Both the position numbers and the translations under genes were made by a program. DNA of 64,000 nucleotides, from NCBI GenBank assembly GCA_049975405.1, contig JBNGDK010000001.1, positions 38,593 to 102,592 of the forward strand, read 5' to 3'. How positions within the stretch are numbered: the stretch's first letter is position 1; every line of letters begins with the position of its first letter. Source of the stretch: Candidatus Methanospirareceae archaeon (GTDB lineage Archaea; Halobacteriota; Syntropharchaeia; Alkanophagales; Methanospirareceae). This document shows positions 34,222 through 43,797 of this stretch, in pieces. A model generated the notes under the pieces. The model made no database searches. It was given only the letters and a program-made list of their open reading frames with translations, and had not been told where the DNA came from.

Positions 34222-35898
34222 ATGAGCAGATCAAGCCTCTTTCCTTCTTTTATCCCTCATCCATGTCTGTTCTCCGTTCTCTTAGTGGTTGCGCTATTTC
34301 TCACGCTACCCCTGACGCTCGCCGCCGTGAGCGACAGGGGGGGATACCCCATGCTCCAGTACGACGCGCAACGTACCGGGAACGCGAGCCGCACGGCACC
34401 AGGAACCGCCACGCTGCTCTGGCAATCGAGCGAGAAGACCGCCGGCTGCTTCCAGGCGGGACCAATCGTTGCCAACGACCGGGTCTACGTGGCTACCTGG
34501 GCGTCGTGGATGGCTGGAAATGCCACTGATGCGCTCTACTGCCTTGATTTGGAGACAGGCAGGGAAATTTGGAATAACACGAACGTTTACGGCGCCTCAA
34601 CGGCGGCATGTGCTAACAACAGGCTCTTTCTGGGCACCACAGCCGGAACCTTGGCGTGCGTCAATGCGACGAGCGGTGAAGTCCTCTGGAATAAGCAAAT
34701 AGATCCGAGTGCTTCGTATCATGGCGTCGCCTCCTCGCCGCTGGTGCACGAAAATCTGGTGTACGTCCTGAGCTTCTCGGATGGCACGCTCCATGCCTTC
34801 TCCTTTGACGGCACCGAGCAGTGGCACTTCTCCACCGGCGGCCAGATCTTCTGCTACGCCTCGCCCGCGGCATATGCGGATAAACTGCTCTTCGCCGGAA
34901 ACGCAGCAAATCAGCACGCGCTCTACTGCATGAACCTGAGTACGCACGAGGTGGTCTGGAAGTTCACTACGGCCACTGAAATCCGGGCCACACCTACCAT
35001 TTGGGCGGACGAAGATTTGGTCTTCTTCTCCACGAAGTACGTCATCGGGAAACCACATGGCCTCTACGCACTCAATCTGAGCACGGGTGTAGAGTCCTGG
35101 AACGTCACGCACAAATCGAGCTGGGCTTCTCCCGCGTTGAGCGACGGAAAACTGTACATTGGAGGCTCGGCCGTCGATTCCACGCTCTATTGCTACAACG
35201 CACGCAACGGCTCGCTCCTCTGGAAGAACGAGGAGATGCGCGGCTCGATCGACTCTTCACCGGTCGTCGCTGGTGGGAAGGTGTACTTCGGCACGAATGA
35301 AGTTGATGGAACGGTCTTCGCGGTGGATGCGGACACGGGAACCACGCTCTGGAGCTACACGCTTCACATCCCCCCGGGCTATGGTGGAGGATACAATATA
35401 GCATCACATCCAGCCGTCGCTGATCGCACGTTACTTATAGGAGTCGATAATATCGGTGTACTCGCCTTTCGTGATCCGCAGTTCGCGGAATTCGATACTG
35501 GCACGCCGGAGCATCCGTATCCAAGCATCCCTGGTACATTTTATGGGTCGCTCACGCCCGCACACGATCTCTTGGTAAACACAATGCTCTCATGGGCATG
35601 CGACGGAACCGGCGGACATGTTGAATACGTTAGGATATGGAACGATACGTGGATAGGCGCAACCGCGCAGTGGAACGGGTACGTGGGCGATTGGCACACT
35701 ATCACGTTTTCGGAACCATTTCTGCTTCATAAAAACGAACTCTATTATTATCGTATAGAAATCGGCTCATACCCGCAGCTGCACCATAAAAACGAGCTTA
35801 TAGTGAGCGATGGGATGATCACTTGCACGAACTTCACCGATGCAAACGGGGTGGCCCATTACGGGGCAATTCCCGCAATACGGTTGTATTTCTGGTAA
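34222..35898 (+). CDS. Secreted PQQ-repeat beta-propeller protein with extra C-terminal domain
   Basis: 558 aa with an N-terminal signal peptide. Repeated LYCxD/xGxxLW blade motifs are present (e.g. ALYCLDLETGREIWN, LACVNATSGEVLWN). Confidence 0.7.
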   Translation: MSRSSLFPSFIPHPCLFSVLLVVALFLTLPLTLAAVSDRGGYPMLQYDAQRTGNASRTAPGTATLLWQSSEKTAGCFQAGPIVANDRVYVATWASWMAGNATDALYCLDLETGREIWNNTNVYGASTAACANNRLFLGTTAGTLACVNATSGEVLWNKQIDPSASYHGVASSPLVHENLVYVLSFSDGTLHAFSFDGTEQWHFSTGGQIFCYASPAAYADKLLFAGNAANQHALYCMNLSTHEVVWKFTTATEIRATPTIWADEDLVFFSTKYVIGKPHGLYALNLSTGVESWNVTHKSSWASPALSDGKLYIGGSAVDSTLYCYNARNGSLLWKNEEMRGSIDSSPVVAGGKVYFGTNEVDGTVFAVDADTGTTLWSYTLHIPPGYGGGYNIASHPAVADRTLLIGVDNIGVLAFRDPQFAEFDTGTPEHPYPSIPGTFYGSLTPAHDLLVNTMLSWACDGTGGHVEYVRIWNDTWIGATAQWNGYVGDWHTITFSEPFLLHKNELYYYRIEIGSYPQLHHKNELIVSDGMITCTNFTDANGVAHYGAIPAIRLYFW

Positions 35899-35899
35899 G

Positions 35900-36556
35900 A
35901 TGAACGAGAATAAGGCCTTCGTGTCCTGGAGTGGCGGAAAGGACAGCTCGCTTGCCTGTTTACGCGCTATGACGGCAGGCTGCGAGGTCTCGTATCTCCT
36001 GAACATGCTGGATGAGTCTGGCGAGCGCGAGCGAGCACATGGCACACGCCCGTTTCTGCTGCAACTGCAGGCAGAAGCGATGCACATTCCCATGATCCAG
36101 GTGAACGCCTCGTGGGAAATGTACGAGCCCGAATTCAAAGCCGCCGTGAGGAGACTGAAGCGCGAGGGGATAGAACGAGGCGTATTTGGTGATATTGATC
36201 TCCGCGAGCATCGCGCCTGGGTTGAACGCGTCTGTGAAGAGCTGGCGATCGAGCCCATACTTCCGCTCTGGGGGGTCGATCCTGATGCACTCTTACACGA
36301 GTTCGTCACATCAGGCTTCGAGGCTATCGTCGTCGCGACGCGGGTCAATAAGGACTGGCTCGGCCGGAAGATCGATGAGTCGTTCATCAGTGAGCTGCAG
36401 GAGTGCGAGTTCCACGCAGCCGGTGAATCCGGCGAGTATCATTCGTTCGTCATCAACGGTCCGCTCTTCAGGAGAAGGATACGGGTGAGCGAAACTGAAC
36501 GGGTGCGTCATGGCGACCACTGGTTCCTGGATATCACGCGGGGTGAGCTTGAATGA
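35900..36556 (+). CDS. PP-loop ATP pyrophosphatase of the Dph6/DUF71 (MJ0570-like) family
   Basis: Start MNENKAFVSWSGGKDSSLA, an SGGKDS PP-loop. The start is 2 nt after the upstream stop. Confidence 0.6.
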   Translation: MNENKAFVSWSGGKDSSLACLRAMTAGCEVSYLLNMLDESGERERAHGTRPFLLQLQAEAMHIPMIQVNASWEMYEPEFKAAVRRLKREGIERGVFGDIDLREHRAWVERVCEELAIEPILPLWGVDPDALLHEFVTSGFEAIVVATRVNKDWLGRKIDESFISELQECEFHAAGESGEYHSFVINGPLFRRRIRVSETERVRHGDHWFLDITRGELE

Positions 36557-38550
36557 GCACGCGCACACTCGTGGTTCTCTTTACTGTACTGGCGTTCTGC
36601 TTCAGCTCCACGATCTGCGTGGCGAGCAGCGTCACCCCCTGGAACTCTATCACCAATGACGCTTCTGAGAGCTTATCCCTCGATCTCCACCTGGACGAAT
36701 ATGCGGAGGTTGAATTCTCCGTTACTGCTGGCTCGTCCTATCGGTGGACGTGGATGGTGAACGGTGAAGTGATCAAGGAGACCGACGGAACGAGCTCAAA
36801 TCTCGAGTATGTCGTCAATGACTACGGCAGTTACGCTATCAGTGCCCGAGGCACCGGTGGAAATGAGACGCTTCAAGCCTCATGGAACCTGACCGTTTGG
36901 CTGGTCTTAGATAAAGAAAACGACGTTCGGGAACTCGAAGGGCTTGAGGACTACGTCTTACGGCTTTCTAAGAGACCCGAGCGGATCGTTTCTATGGCAC
37001 CGAGCTGCACGGAGTTCCTGTTCGCCGTTGGCGCCGGGGATCAGGTGGTCGGCGTGACGGAGTACTGCGATTATCCGTCCGAGGTGGTGGAGAAGAAGAA
37101 GCGTGGCGAAATAGGTGTGATCGGCGGCTATTCCACACCCAGCTTCGAGAAGATCGTGGCACTACAGCCCGATCTGGTCGTGGGCGCCTATGGCAATCCT
37201 GACGACGTGCTCTACTGGCTCGTTGACGAAAGCGCACACCCGGGGGTCATCTATCCGCTCTATGCACAGAACCCTGAGAACATCGAGGAGATCTTCCAGC
37301 ATCTCACGGTGGTAGGCGCGCTAACAGGCTGCAGAGCTGAGGCCGATTCACTGGAGTACGAGCTTCGAGAGAGAATAGCAGCCATCACAGCAGAGACCGC
37401 TTCCATTACTAAACAGGAGAAGCCGCGCGTCTTTTATAATATCGGCGATTTCTTCACCGCCGGTGACAATACTTTCGTCAACGAGGTCATTACGCTCGCG
37501 GGTGGCACAAACATTGCCGCCGAGTCCTCGGGTTACTTCGTTATGAACCTCGAAGAGCTGATCTATCGCAATCCGCAGGTAATTATCTGCGATAGCGGTA
37601 TGGGGAGCATGAGTCTCGCGTATGAGCAGATCATGGGGGACAAACGGCTGCAAATGCTCGATGCAGTAAAAAACAGCTGGGTGTACGTCATTGACGCCGA
37701 CATCATAGATCGGCCAAGCCCCCGCATTGTGGATGCTCTGGAGCTCGTCCACCTTGATTATAGCGACTTCTTCGTGGCCACACGCCCAACACCCTCACCG
37801 ACAGAATCTCCTTCATCAGCCAGCAGTGGTGGCTCGAGCGCGAAAGCTACCCCGACTGCTACAGCGCCCTCGACGGCCGCGTCGTCGCCACAGGTGACCG
37901 AAGCTGCGCGAATCGTTCCGGTGCTGAAGGCAGGTGAAGCTGCAGCAATGCTCTTCGCGGATATGGATATCTCGATGCTCACGCTCAGCTCGGATACCAC
38001 GGTCAGCGATGTAAGAATCGCGATAAAACGTGTGGCGAGACCCCCGAACGTTCCTGCGCCTCCTGCCACCACGTATGTATACCTTGACCTCACGGTCGCA
38101 ACAGAAGAAAGTTCACCGATCTCTGGCAGTATCGATTTTAAGGTGCTGAAATCGTGGCTCGAAGTCCATGATATTGCGGAGTCGACCGTTAGTCTTTCCA
38201 GATATGATGAGCGAGTTGGGTGGTCTAAACTATCCACCTCGCGCGTCGATGCGGACGATCTCTTCGTCTTCTTTGAGGCGGCGACGCCGGAGTTTTCGCT
38301 CTTCGCGATCACGGGAGAGCAGCAACCAAGGGCAGAAGGAACAACCGCCGCTCCGTCTGCTGCGCCTACCGCAACACCACGTCCCCTAAGCGATCCCGCA
38401 CAAACAGCAAACGCTCCTGTTGCAACATCCGAGCCAGAGACGAGCGCCGCAGGGATTCCGGGATACGAAGCGATCGGCGCGGCGATTGCGCTACTCATCA
38501 TTACTGTCCGCAGGCGAGGTAGAGGATTGAAATCCGGGACGGGGCGCTAA
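36553..38550 (+). CDS. Class III (BtuF/FhuD/TroA-type) substrate-binding protein with an N-terminal extra domain, a pre-PGF-like domain and a PGF-CTERM-like anchor
   Basis: Signal peptide. SBP core (RPERIVSMAPSCTEFLFAVGAGDQVVGV ... RPSPRIVDALE). Ser/Thr/Pro linkers. C-terminus ...AAGIPGYEAIGAAIALLIITVRRRGRGL. Confidence 0.75.
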   Translation: MSTRTLVVLFTVLAFCFSSTICVASSVTPWNSITNDASESLSLDLHLDEYAEVEFSVTAGSSYRWTWMVNGEVIKETDGTSSNLEYVVNDYGSYAISARGTGGNETLQASWNLTVWLVLDKENDVRELEGLEDYVLRLSKRPERIVSMAPSCTEFLFAVGAGDQVVGVTEYCDYPSEVVEKKKRGEIGVIGGYSTPSFEKIVALQPDLVVGAYGNPDDVLYWLVDESAHPGVIYPLYAQNPENIEEIFQHLTVVGALTGCRAEADSLEYELRERIAAITAETASITKQEKPRVFYNIGDFFTAGDNTFVNEVITLAGGTNIAAESSGYFVMNLEELIYRNPQVIICDSGMGSMSLAYEQIMGDKRLQMLDAVKNSWVYVIDADIIDRPSPRIVDALELVHLDYSDFFVATRPTPSPTESPSSASSGGSSAKATPTATAPSTAASSPQVTEAARIVPVLKAGEAAAMLFADMDISMLTLSSDTTVSDVRIAIKRVARPPNVPAPPATTYVYLDLTVATEESSPISGSIDFKVLKSWLEVHDIAESTVSLSRYDERVGWSKLSTSRVDADDLFVFFEAATPEFSLFAITGEQQPRAEGTTAAPSAAPTATPRPLSDPAQTANAPVATSEPETSAAGIPGYEAIGAAIALLIITVRRRGRGLKSGTGR

Positions 38551-38619
38551 TCTTTACGATCCGCTGCTTTAAGCTAAGCATGGACAATAGCGTGAATAAA
38601 GAATCGAGGAAACTGGGCT

Positions 38620-39672
38620 ATGAAGCACGATGAACCGGTATATAGCGCACCGGGACTGCGAAAAGTACTCCACTGGAAGCTGGTGCTGATTTACTTGCTG
38701 CTCTTTCTTGGTCTCTCCATCATCTTGACCACGGCGATTGGGCCCGTGTACGTGCCGCCGCAGGAGATCGTCGCGTTGTTCGGTAGCAAACTCGGGCTCT
38801 GCGTCCCCTCCTCAGTGGCCCATGAGGTTATCATCTTCGAGATACGATTACCGCGGATTTTCCTCGGTCTCCTAGTCGGCATTGCCCTCGCCACCGCAGG
38901 AACAGCACTCCAGGGCCTGTTCAAGAACCCCATGGCCGACCCCTACATCATCGGCATCGCCTCCGGCGCCTCGGTCGGCGCCGCGCTCTCGATCCTGGTC
39001 ATCCCGCAGGTCTTCTCCATCTATACCACGCCGCTTATGGCCTTTCTTGGCGCGCTCTGCACCATCCTCGCCGTCTATAATATCGCGAAGGTCGGCGGTC
39101 GTATCCCCGTGGATACCCTCTTGCTCACCGGTATTGCCGTCTCCCTGTTCCTGGGCGCGGTGTTATCTTTTATGATGTCCATCGCCGGCGAGGCATTGCA
39201 TAACATCTTCTTCTGGACGATGGGCGGCTTCTGGCTCGCGAACTGGACGAAAGTGAAAATAACCCTGCTGCCCGTGCTTCTCAGCTTCGGCGTGATCTAT
39301 CTCTTCGCCAAGGACCTCAATGCCATGCTGCTCGGTGAAGAATCAGCACAGACCCTCGGCATCAATGTCGAGACGGCAAAACGGATCCTTCTGGTGCTCG
39401 CTGCGTTCATCACCGCCGCGGCCGTCGCGTTTACCGGTACCATCGGGTTCGTGGGGTTGATCATACCGCACATCACCCGAATTTTGGTGGGCCCCGATCA
39501 TCGCATCCTCTTTCCCGCCTCGGCATTACTGGGTGGGATTTTCCTCATTTGGACGGACGCACTGGCGCGGTTATTGGCCGAGATGCCCGTTGGCGTGATC
39601 ACCGCTTTCTTCGGTGCGCCGTTCTTCATTTACCTGCTGAAGAAGCGAAAGAGCGGATATGCCCTGGCATAA
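38620..39672 (+). CDS. FecCD/BtuC-family ABC transporter permease
   Basis: 350 aa and about 10 TM helices. A conserved Gly-rich motif (ADPYIIGIASGASVGAAL) is present. No ATPase gene follows. Confidence 0.85.
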   Translation: MKHDEPVYSAPGLRKVLHWKLVLIYLLLFLGLSIILTTAIGPVYVPPQEIVALFGSKLGLCVPSSVAHEVIIFEIRLPRIFLGLLVGIALATAGTALQGLFKNPMADPYIIGIASGASVGAALSILVIPQVFSIYTTPLMAFLGALCTILAVYNIAKVGGRIPVDTLLLTGIAVSLFLGAVLSFMMSIAGEALHNIFFWTMGGFWLANWTKVKITLLPVLLSFGVIYLFAKDLNAMLLGEESAQTLGINVETAKRILLVLAAFITAAAVAFTGTIGFVGLIIPHITRILVGPDHRILFPASALLGGIFLIWTDALARLLAEMPVGVITAFFGAPFFIYLLKKRKSGYALA

Positions 39673-39698
39673 CGGTAGAACCTAAAACTAGTTTGCAC

Positions 39699-40049
39699 TC
39701 ACTCAACCGCTACACCGACGGCACGCTGAATCAATCGCCCGATCTCATCGAGCTCCTTCTCAATCGGCCCTCGCTTATCCGGTATTTCAAGGATGATGGG
39801 CCGTACGCCCTTTTTCTTCGCATTGATGTCCCGGATCTTCTCACGGGTACGTGGATCAGCCGCCAGCTTCTCAGTGATAAGAATAAGCGCAAAGTCCTCG
39901 CGTACCAGGCGATCCAATACACGGACGGTATCCTCCCCTTCCTGGTCCTGCTCATACACCGCATTCACGCCCGCGAGCCGGAATCCCGTGGCGGTATCTG
40001 GATCACCAATCACTGCTACTGCGTTCATGTTCCCTTTTATAGAGTGCAA
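39699..40049 (-). CDS. atpF: A/V-type ATP synthase subunit F
   Basis: MNAVAVIGDPDTATGFRLAGV is the typical subunit F N-terminus. Confidence 0.8.
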   Translation of the reverse strand: MHSIKGNMNAVAVIGDPDTATGFRLAGVNAVYEQDQEGEDTVRVLDRLVREDFALILITEKLAADPRTREKIRDINAKKKGVRPIILEIPDKRGPIEKELDEIGRLIQRAVGVAVE

Positions 40050-40135
40050 GGGAATGGAAAGAAGTGATCATCCCACCCGCGCTCGCTTTTTACACCTCCT
40101 TTCTCGTATCTGATGATCAGACAGATCGAACTGGA

Positions 40136-40801
40136 TCAGGAAGACGTTTTCTCGAAGAGCGCTTTTACGATCTCCTCACGGAGACTCGTCGAGAAACGTG
40201 CTCTGCGTTGCTCGAAGGTGTTGTTCACCTCGATCTTCCCGTCCCTTTGCCGGACTATAACGCCCCCAACTGATTTTATCTGTTCGGCGGCCAGCGTGAG
40301 CTTAAAATCTCTGCCATGCTCGCTGCTCAGTGTTTTACCCAATTCCGTGAGCTGTGCTTGCGTAATATGTGCTGCGGCTGCATCTTCCTCGCTAAGGAGC
40401 ACGTCCAGGTCTATTCCAGCACTGCTACTCCCGGTCGCAATGCTCAAGACACTCTCGGTTATGAGCCCGCTCAAGATCCCCGCGTACGAGACGTCCTTGA
40501 ATCCGGAGCGCTTCACCTCGGATATGTGGGTAAGTGCGGACTCCAGGGTTCTCTCGATCATCGCTTCCTCTGTCCTCCATTTGAGCTTTCTCGCGTTTTG
40601 GCGTGCCGCACGTACAATGCGCTCCTTTTCATCCACACCTTTCCGCTCTTCAGCAGCTATAAACTGTTGCTTCTGCTGCTCGAGTTCTTGACGCGCTGCT
40701 TCGAGTTTCGCTTCGGCCTGCTGCTTCGCATCAGCCGTAATCTGTTGCCCTTCCTCGCGAGCTTCCTCTCTTATCCGCTCCACCATCTCTTTCGCGCCCA
40801 T
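40136..40801 (-). CDS. atpE: A/V-type ATP synthase subunit E
   Basis: 221 aa with a charged coiled-coil N-terminus (EEAREEGQQITADAKQQAEAKLEAARQ) and a subunit-E-like globular C-terminus. Confidence 0.7.
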   Translation of the reverse strand: MGAKEMVERIREEAREEGQQITADAKQQAEAKLEAARQELEQQKQQFIAAEERKGVDEKERIVRAARQNARKLKWRTEEAMIERTLESALTHISEVKRSGFKDVSYAGILSGLITESVLSIATGSSSAGIDLDVLLSEEDAAAAHITQAQLTELGKTLSSEHGRDFKLTLAAEQIKSVGGVIVRQRDGKIEVNNTFEQRRARFSTSLREEIVKALFEKTSS

Positions 40802-40807
40802 CGACTA

Positions 40808-41125
40808 TCACCTCAGGCCTAAAATGCGCTCCAGCACGACTGCAATCGCATGATCGAGATTCGACTCAGCGGCAGCTTTCAGCTGCCCTGCTTCCGCTTC
40901 GGCAGCTTGCATAATCTTCGCCTCCTCTTGCTTCCCCTCCTCAATATGCCTCGCAGCAATCTCAGCGGCTAAACGCTTCTCTTCCTCACGCGTCTGCTCC
41001 TTGAGCCGTTTGATCTCCTCATCAGCATTCTGGAGAATGGTCGAGACGCTCGCTTTTGCCTCTTCGAGCACCTTTCGGCCTTCCTCTTCACCTTCTCGTA
41101 TGATCTTCAGCGCTTCTACTGCCAT
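40808..41125 (-). CDS. atpH: A/V-type ATP synthase subunit H
   Basis: 105 aa all-helical EAK-rich protein (ALKIIREGEEEGRKVLEEAKA) immediately upstream of subunit E. Confidence 0.6.
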   Translation of the reverse strand: MAVEALKIIREGEEEGRKVLEEAKASVSTILQNADEEIKRLKEQTREEEKRLAAEIAARHIEEGKQEEAKIMQAAEAEAGQLKAAAESNLDHAIAVVLERILGLR

Positions 41126-41269
41126 CGTTATTAACCTTCTATGCTCGCTTCTCTTTAATAATCCTACCCTTTTAAAATCTTCAGCACTGAGTTCTCTATT
41201 TAACCTGCAGCGGGGCCCGTGCGCGTACGCCGCGCCGTCATCCTCAAGAGCCAGGGCAGATTACGATCG

Positions 41270-41722
41270 ATGAAGGTAATCAGTATAGTGGGAAAGCAGA
41301 AATCCGGGAAAACGCGTCTCATCGAGCGCTTGATCGCGAGCCTGAAGCATTATGGGAAGGTGGGCTGCATAAAGCACGCTCAGGAGTTGGAGTTGGCGAT
41401 GCCGATCGCTCGTGATACCGATCGGTTCTTCACTGCAGGCGCTGACGTGGTCGTGGGGGTATCAGGGGAACGGAGCATAAAACTGAGCGGTCCACGCGAT
41501 TTAACTGATTTAATCGAGGAAATGGCGCGGTCAGGCATCTCATTTCTGCTCGTCGAGGGGTTCAAAAGTAGCGCATTACCGAAGATCGCACTGAGCGAGT
41601 ATCCGCCTCACGAGGTCAGGAACATTCGCAAACACGTGGCGCTAAAAGGTGGCACTGAGATACCTGAGACGATAATACAGGAGCTGGTTGCGTTCATTCT
41701 CGCGCTTGACGAGTATGCTTGA
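41270..41722 (+). CDS. mobB: Molybdopterin-guanine dinucleotide biosynthesis adapter MobB (P-loop)
   Basis: MKVISIVGKQKSGKTRLIERL Walker A motif. About 150 aa. Confidence 0.7.
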   Translation: MKVISIVGKQKSGKTRLIERLIASLKHYGKVGCIKHAQELELAMPIARDTDRFFTAGADVVVGVSGERSIKLSGPRDLTDLIEEMARSGISFLLVEGFKSSALPKIALSEYPPHEVRNIRKHVALKGGTEIPETIIQELVAFILALDEYA

Positions 41723-41817
41723 CCGAACAGAATGCCGGTCGTCATAAGGTTCGTTAATGCACGTCGTGCGACTCAGTATCTTTTTCTCTTCGCGGTCTCT
41801 ACAGAGTACCGAGAAGG

Positions 41818-42639
41818 TTGGTGGTCAGTGTGAACGTGACAGTTAGCTTTTCTTCGGTTGATGCCCTTCGCAGTCCCCTGGACTGGATGTACCGGCTCGA
41901 GGAGGCCGGCTTCCAAGGCTGGGAGATCGTAAATGAGGGACTACAGAAAGTAGAAGGCGGCTTGAAAGAGCGGGTGCGAGCAGTGCATGAAACGACTGAT
42001 CTTATCTTTTCACTTCATGCACCGCTCTCAGATATCAACATCGGGAGTGTTAACGAGCCGATCTGGAAGGAGAGCGTGCGTCAGGTAAAGGAGAGCATAG
42101 AGAGCACTTACGAATTCATCGACGATGTCTGCGTCGTCCACCCGGGTTTCTTCTCGCCGCTATCCGTGCAACAGCCAGATTCCGCGGTTCAGAAGGCCGT
42201 TCAGGCACTCACCTCACTCTGCGAGTTCGCTGCCGATCGCGGTTTGCGCATTGCGGTCGAGAACTTGACCTCGGCGAATATGCTCATGGGTCGGTATCCC
42301 GACGAACTCGTGCAACTTGTTCGTGAGACGAATATGGAGAATCTGGGGATCTGCCTCGATGTCGGGCATGCAAATACCACTCAGACGCTGGACGCGTTTT
42401 TCCGTATTCCAGCAGAGAACGAGGGCGTGGAGATCATACACCTGCATGCGAGCGATAATATGGGCGAGCGCGATCTTCATCTTCCGCTGGGAGAAGGTAA
42501 TCTGGATTGGCGCAAAGTGGTTCGCGGCGTGCATGATAATGGCTACTCTGGGATCATGGTACTGGAGCTCTACACCCTTGAGGCGGGTATCGCGAGTCTG
42601 GACTTCCTCAACAACCTGCTCGCACACCACGGCCTCTGA
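41818..42639 (+). CDS. Sugar-phosphate isomerase/epimerase (xylose-isomerase-like TIM barrel) family protein
   Basis: 273 aa with an HxxD/E metal-ligand pattern (LHASDNMGERDLHLPLGEG). Confidence 0.55.
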   Translation: MVVSVNVTVSFSSVDALRSPLDWMYRLEEAGFQGWEIVNEGLQKVEGGLKERVRAVHETTDLIFSLHAPLSDINIGSVNEPIWKESVRQVKESIESTYEFIDDVCVVHPGFFSPLSVQQPDSAVQKAVQALTSLCEFAADRGLRIAVENLTSANMLMGRYPDELVQLVRETNMENLGICLDVGHANTTQTLDAFFRIPAENEGVEIIHLHASDNMGERDLHLPLGEGNLDWRKVVRGVHDNGYSGIMVLELYTLEAGIASLDFLNNLLAHHGL

Positions 42640-42671
42640 GCAGGCTTGCCACTTTATGTTCACACAATGTA

Positions 42672-43202
42672 ATGAACACCATGCGCCTCTATGCCTATGA
42701 TGCAGGACAGTGTGATCCGAAGAAGTGCACCGCGCGGAAATTGGCACGGTTCGACCTGATTACGACGGTCAACGTGCTGCGAAAGATCCCCTACACAACC
42801 ATCCTTCTGGTTCCCATCGCGGAGAGGGCGCTTTCACCTGCAGACCGTGCACAGGCAGGTAGCATCACGGTCTTTGATTGTTCGTGGAAGCATTTTGGTC
42901 CGTTTGAAGAGACGTTGAGGCGTTTGAAGCGGAAAAAGCGCGCACTCCCCTTCCTGATCGCCGCTAATCCCACCAACTATGGGAAACCGTTCATCCTCAG
43001 CTCTGTAGAAGCATTGGCCGCAGCCTTGGTCATCCTCAATGAACGCGAGCACGCGCGTGAGCTGTTAGCAAAGTTCAAGTGGGGCGTTGAATTCCTGCGG
43101 TTGAATGAGGATTTACTGCTTGCCTATGCCGCGGCTCGGGACAGCAGCGAAGTGGTCGAGCTGCAGGCGCAGTTCATGGAGCTGCAAGCACGAAAGTCCT
43201 AA
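42672..43202 (+). CDS. tsr3: 16S rRNA aminocarboxypropyltransferase Tsr3
   Basis: N-terminal YAYDAGQCDPKKCTARKL is the Tsr3/DUF367 signature. Confidence 0.75.
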   Translation: MNTMRLYAYDAGQCDPKKCTARKLARFDLITTVNVLRKIPYTTILLVPIAERALSPADRAQAGSITVFDCSWKHFGPFEETLRRLKRKKRALPFLIAANPTNYGKPFILSSVEALAAALVILNEREHARELLAKFKWGVEFLRLNEDLLLAYAAARDSSEVVELQAQFMELQARKS

Positions 43203-43254
43203 GATTTTTCTCTTTCGATATTTATCGATAAAAATACCCTACATACACAAAGGC

Positions 43255-43770
43255 ATGGCATTCTGCGATATCGAGGGGGAACGATTCCGGCGGAAATATC
43301 GTGCAGTTCAGTTGGGCGAATCGGAGGCAGAGGCTATTTCCGCGGTCTATAAGGCCGTCTGGCTGACCGCATGCGACTATCCGCAAGAATGGCGTGAGAA
43401 GCGCGCGATGACTGCAGAAACGGTCAGAAACGAGATGAAAGCTGGCTATTACTTCTTCGGCGTGTACGCAACGGGCACACTCGTCGGCGTCTACAAAGCC
43501 TCCATCACCGAGCGCGGGTGCTACGGCGAGCAGCAGGCGGTGCTACGCGAATACCAGAATCAGGGCGTGGCATACGCGATGTATGAGCAATTCCTGGAGT
43601 TTGCCAAAACGAATCACTGTAAAGTTAACTATGTCAATATCCTTATCGGCAACGAGCCCTGTGAACGTGCCATGCAGCGCTATCACTTCTACAAAACAGG
43701 CGAGCCGTGGGAGCAAGCAAAGGGGATGTGGGTGCAGACCTATGAGCGCAAGGTTGATGAGGATTGCTAA
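43255..43770 (+). CDS. GNAT-family N-acetyltransferase
   Basis: Start at the internal Met (MAFCDIEG...) to avoid overlap with tsr3. An acetyl-CoA motif-like YQNQGVAYAMYEQFLEFAK is present. Confidence 0.5.
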   Translation: MAFCDIEGERFRRKYRAVQLGESEAEAISAVYKAVWLTACDYPQEWREKRAMTAETVRNEMKAGYYFFGVYATGTLVGVYKASITERGCYGEQQAVLREYQNQGVAYAMYEQFLEFAKTNHCKVNYVNILIGNEPCERAMQRYHFYKTGEPWEQAKGMWVQTYERKVDEDC

Positions 43771-43797
43771 AACGCCCTGCCCCTCTCACCCTTTTCT

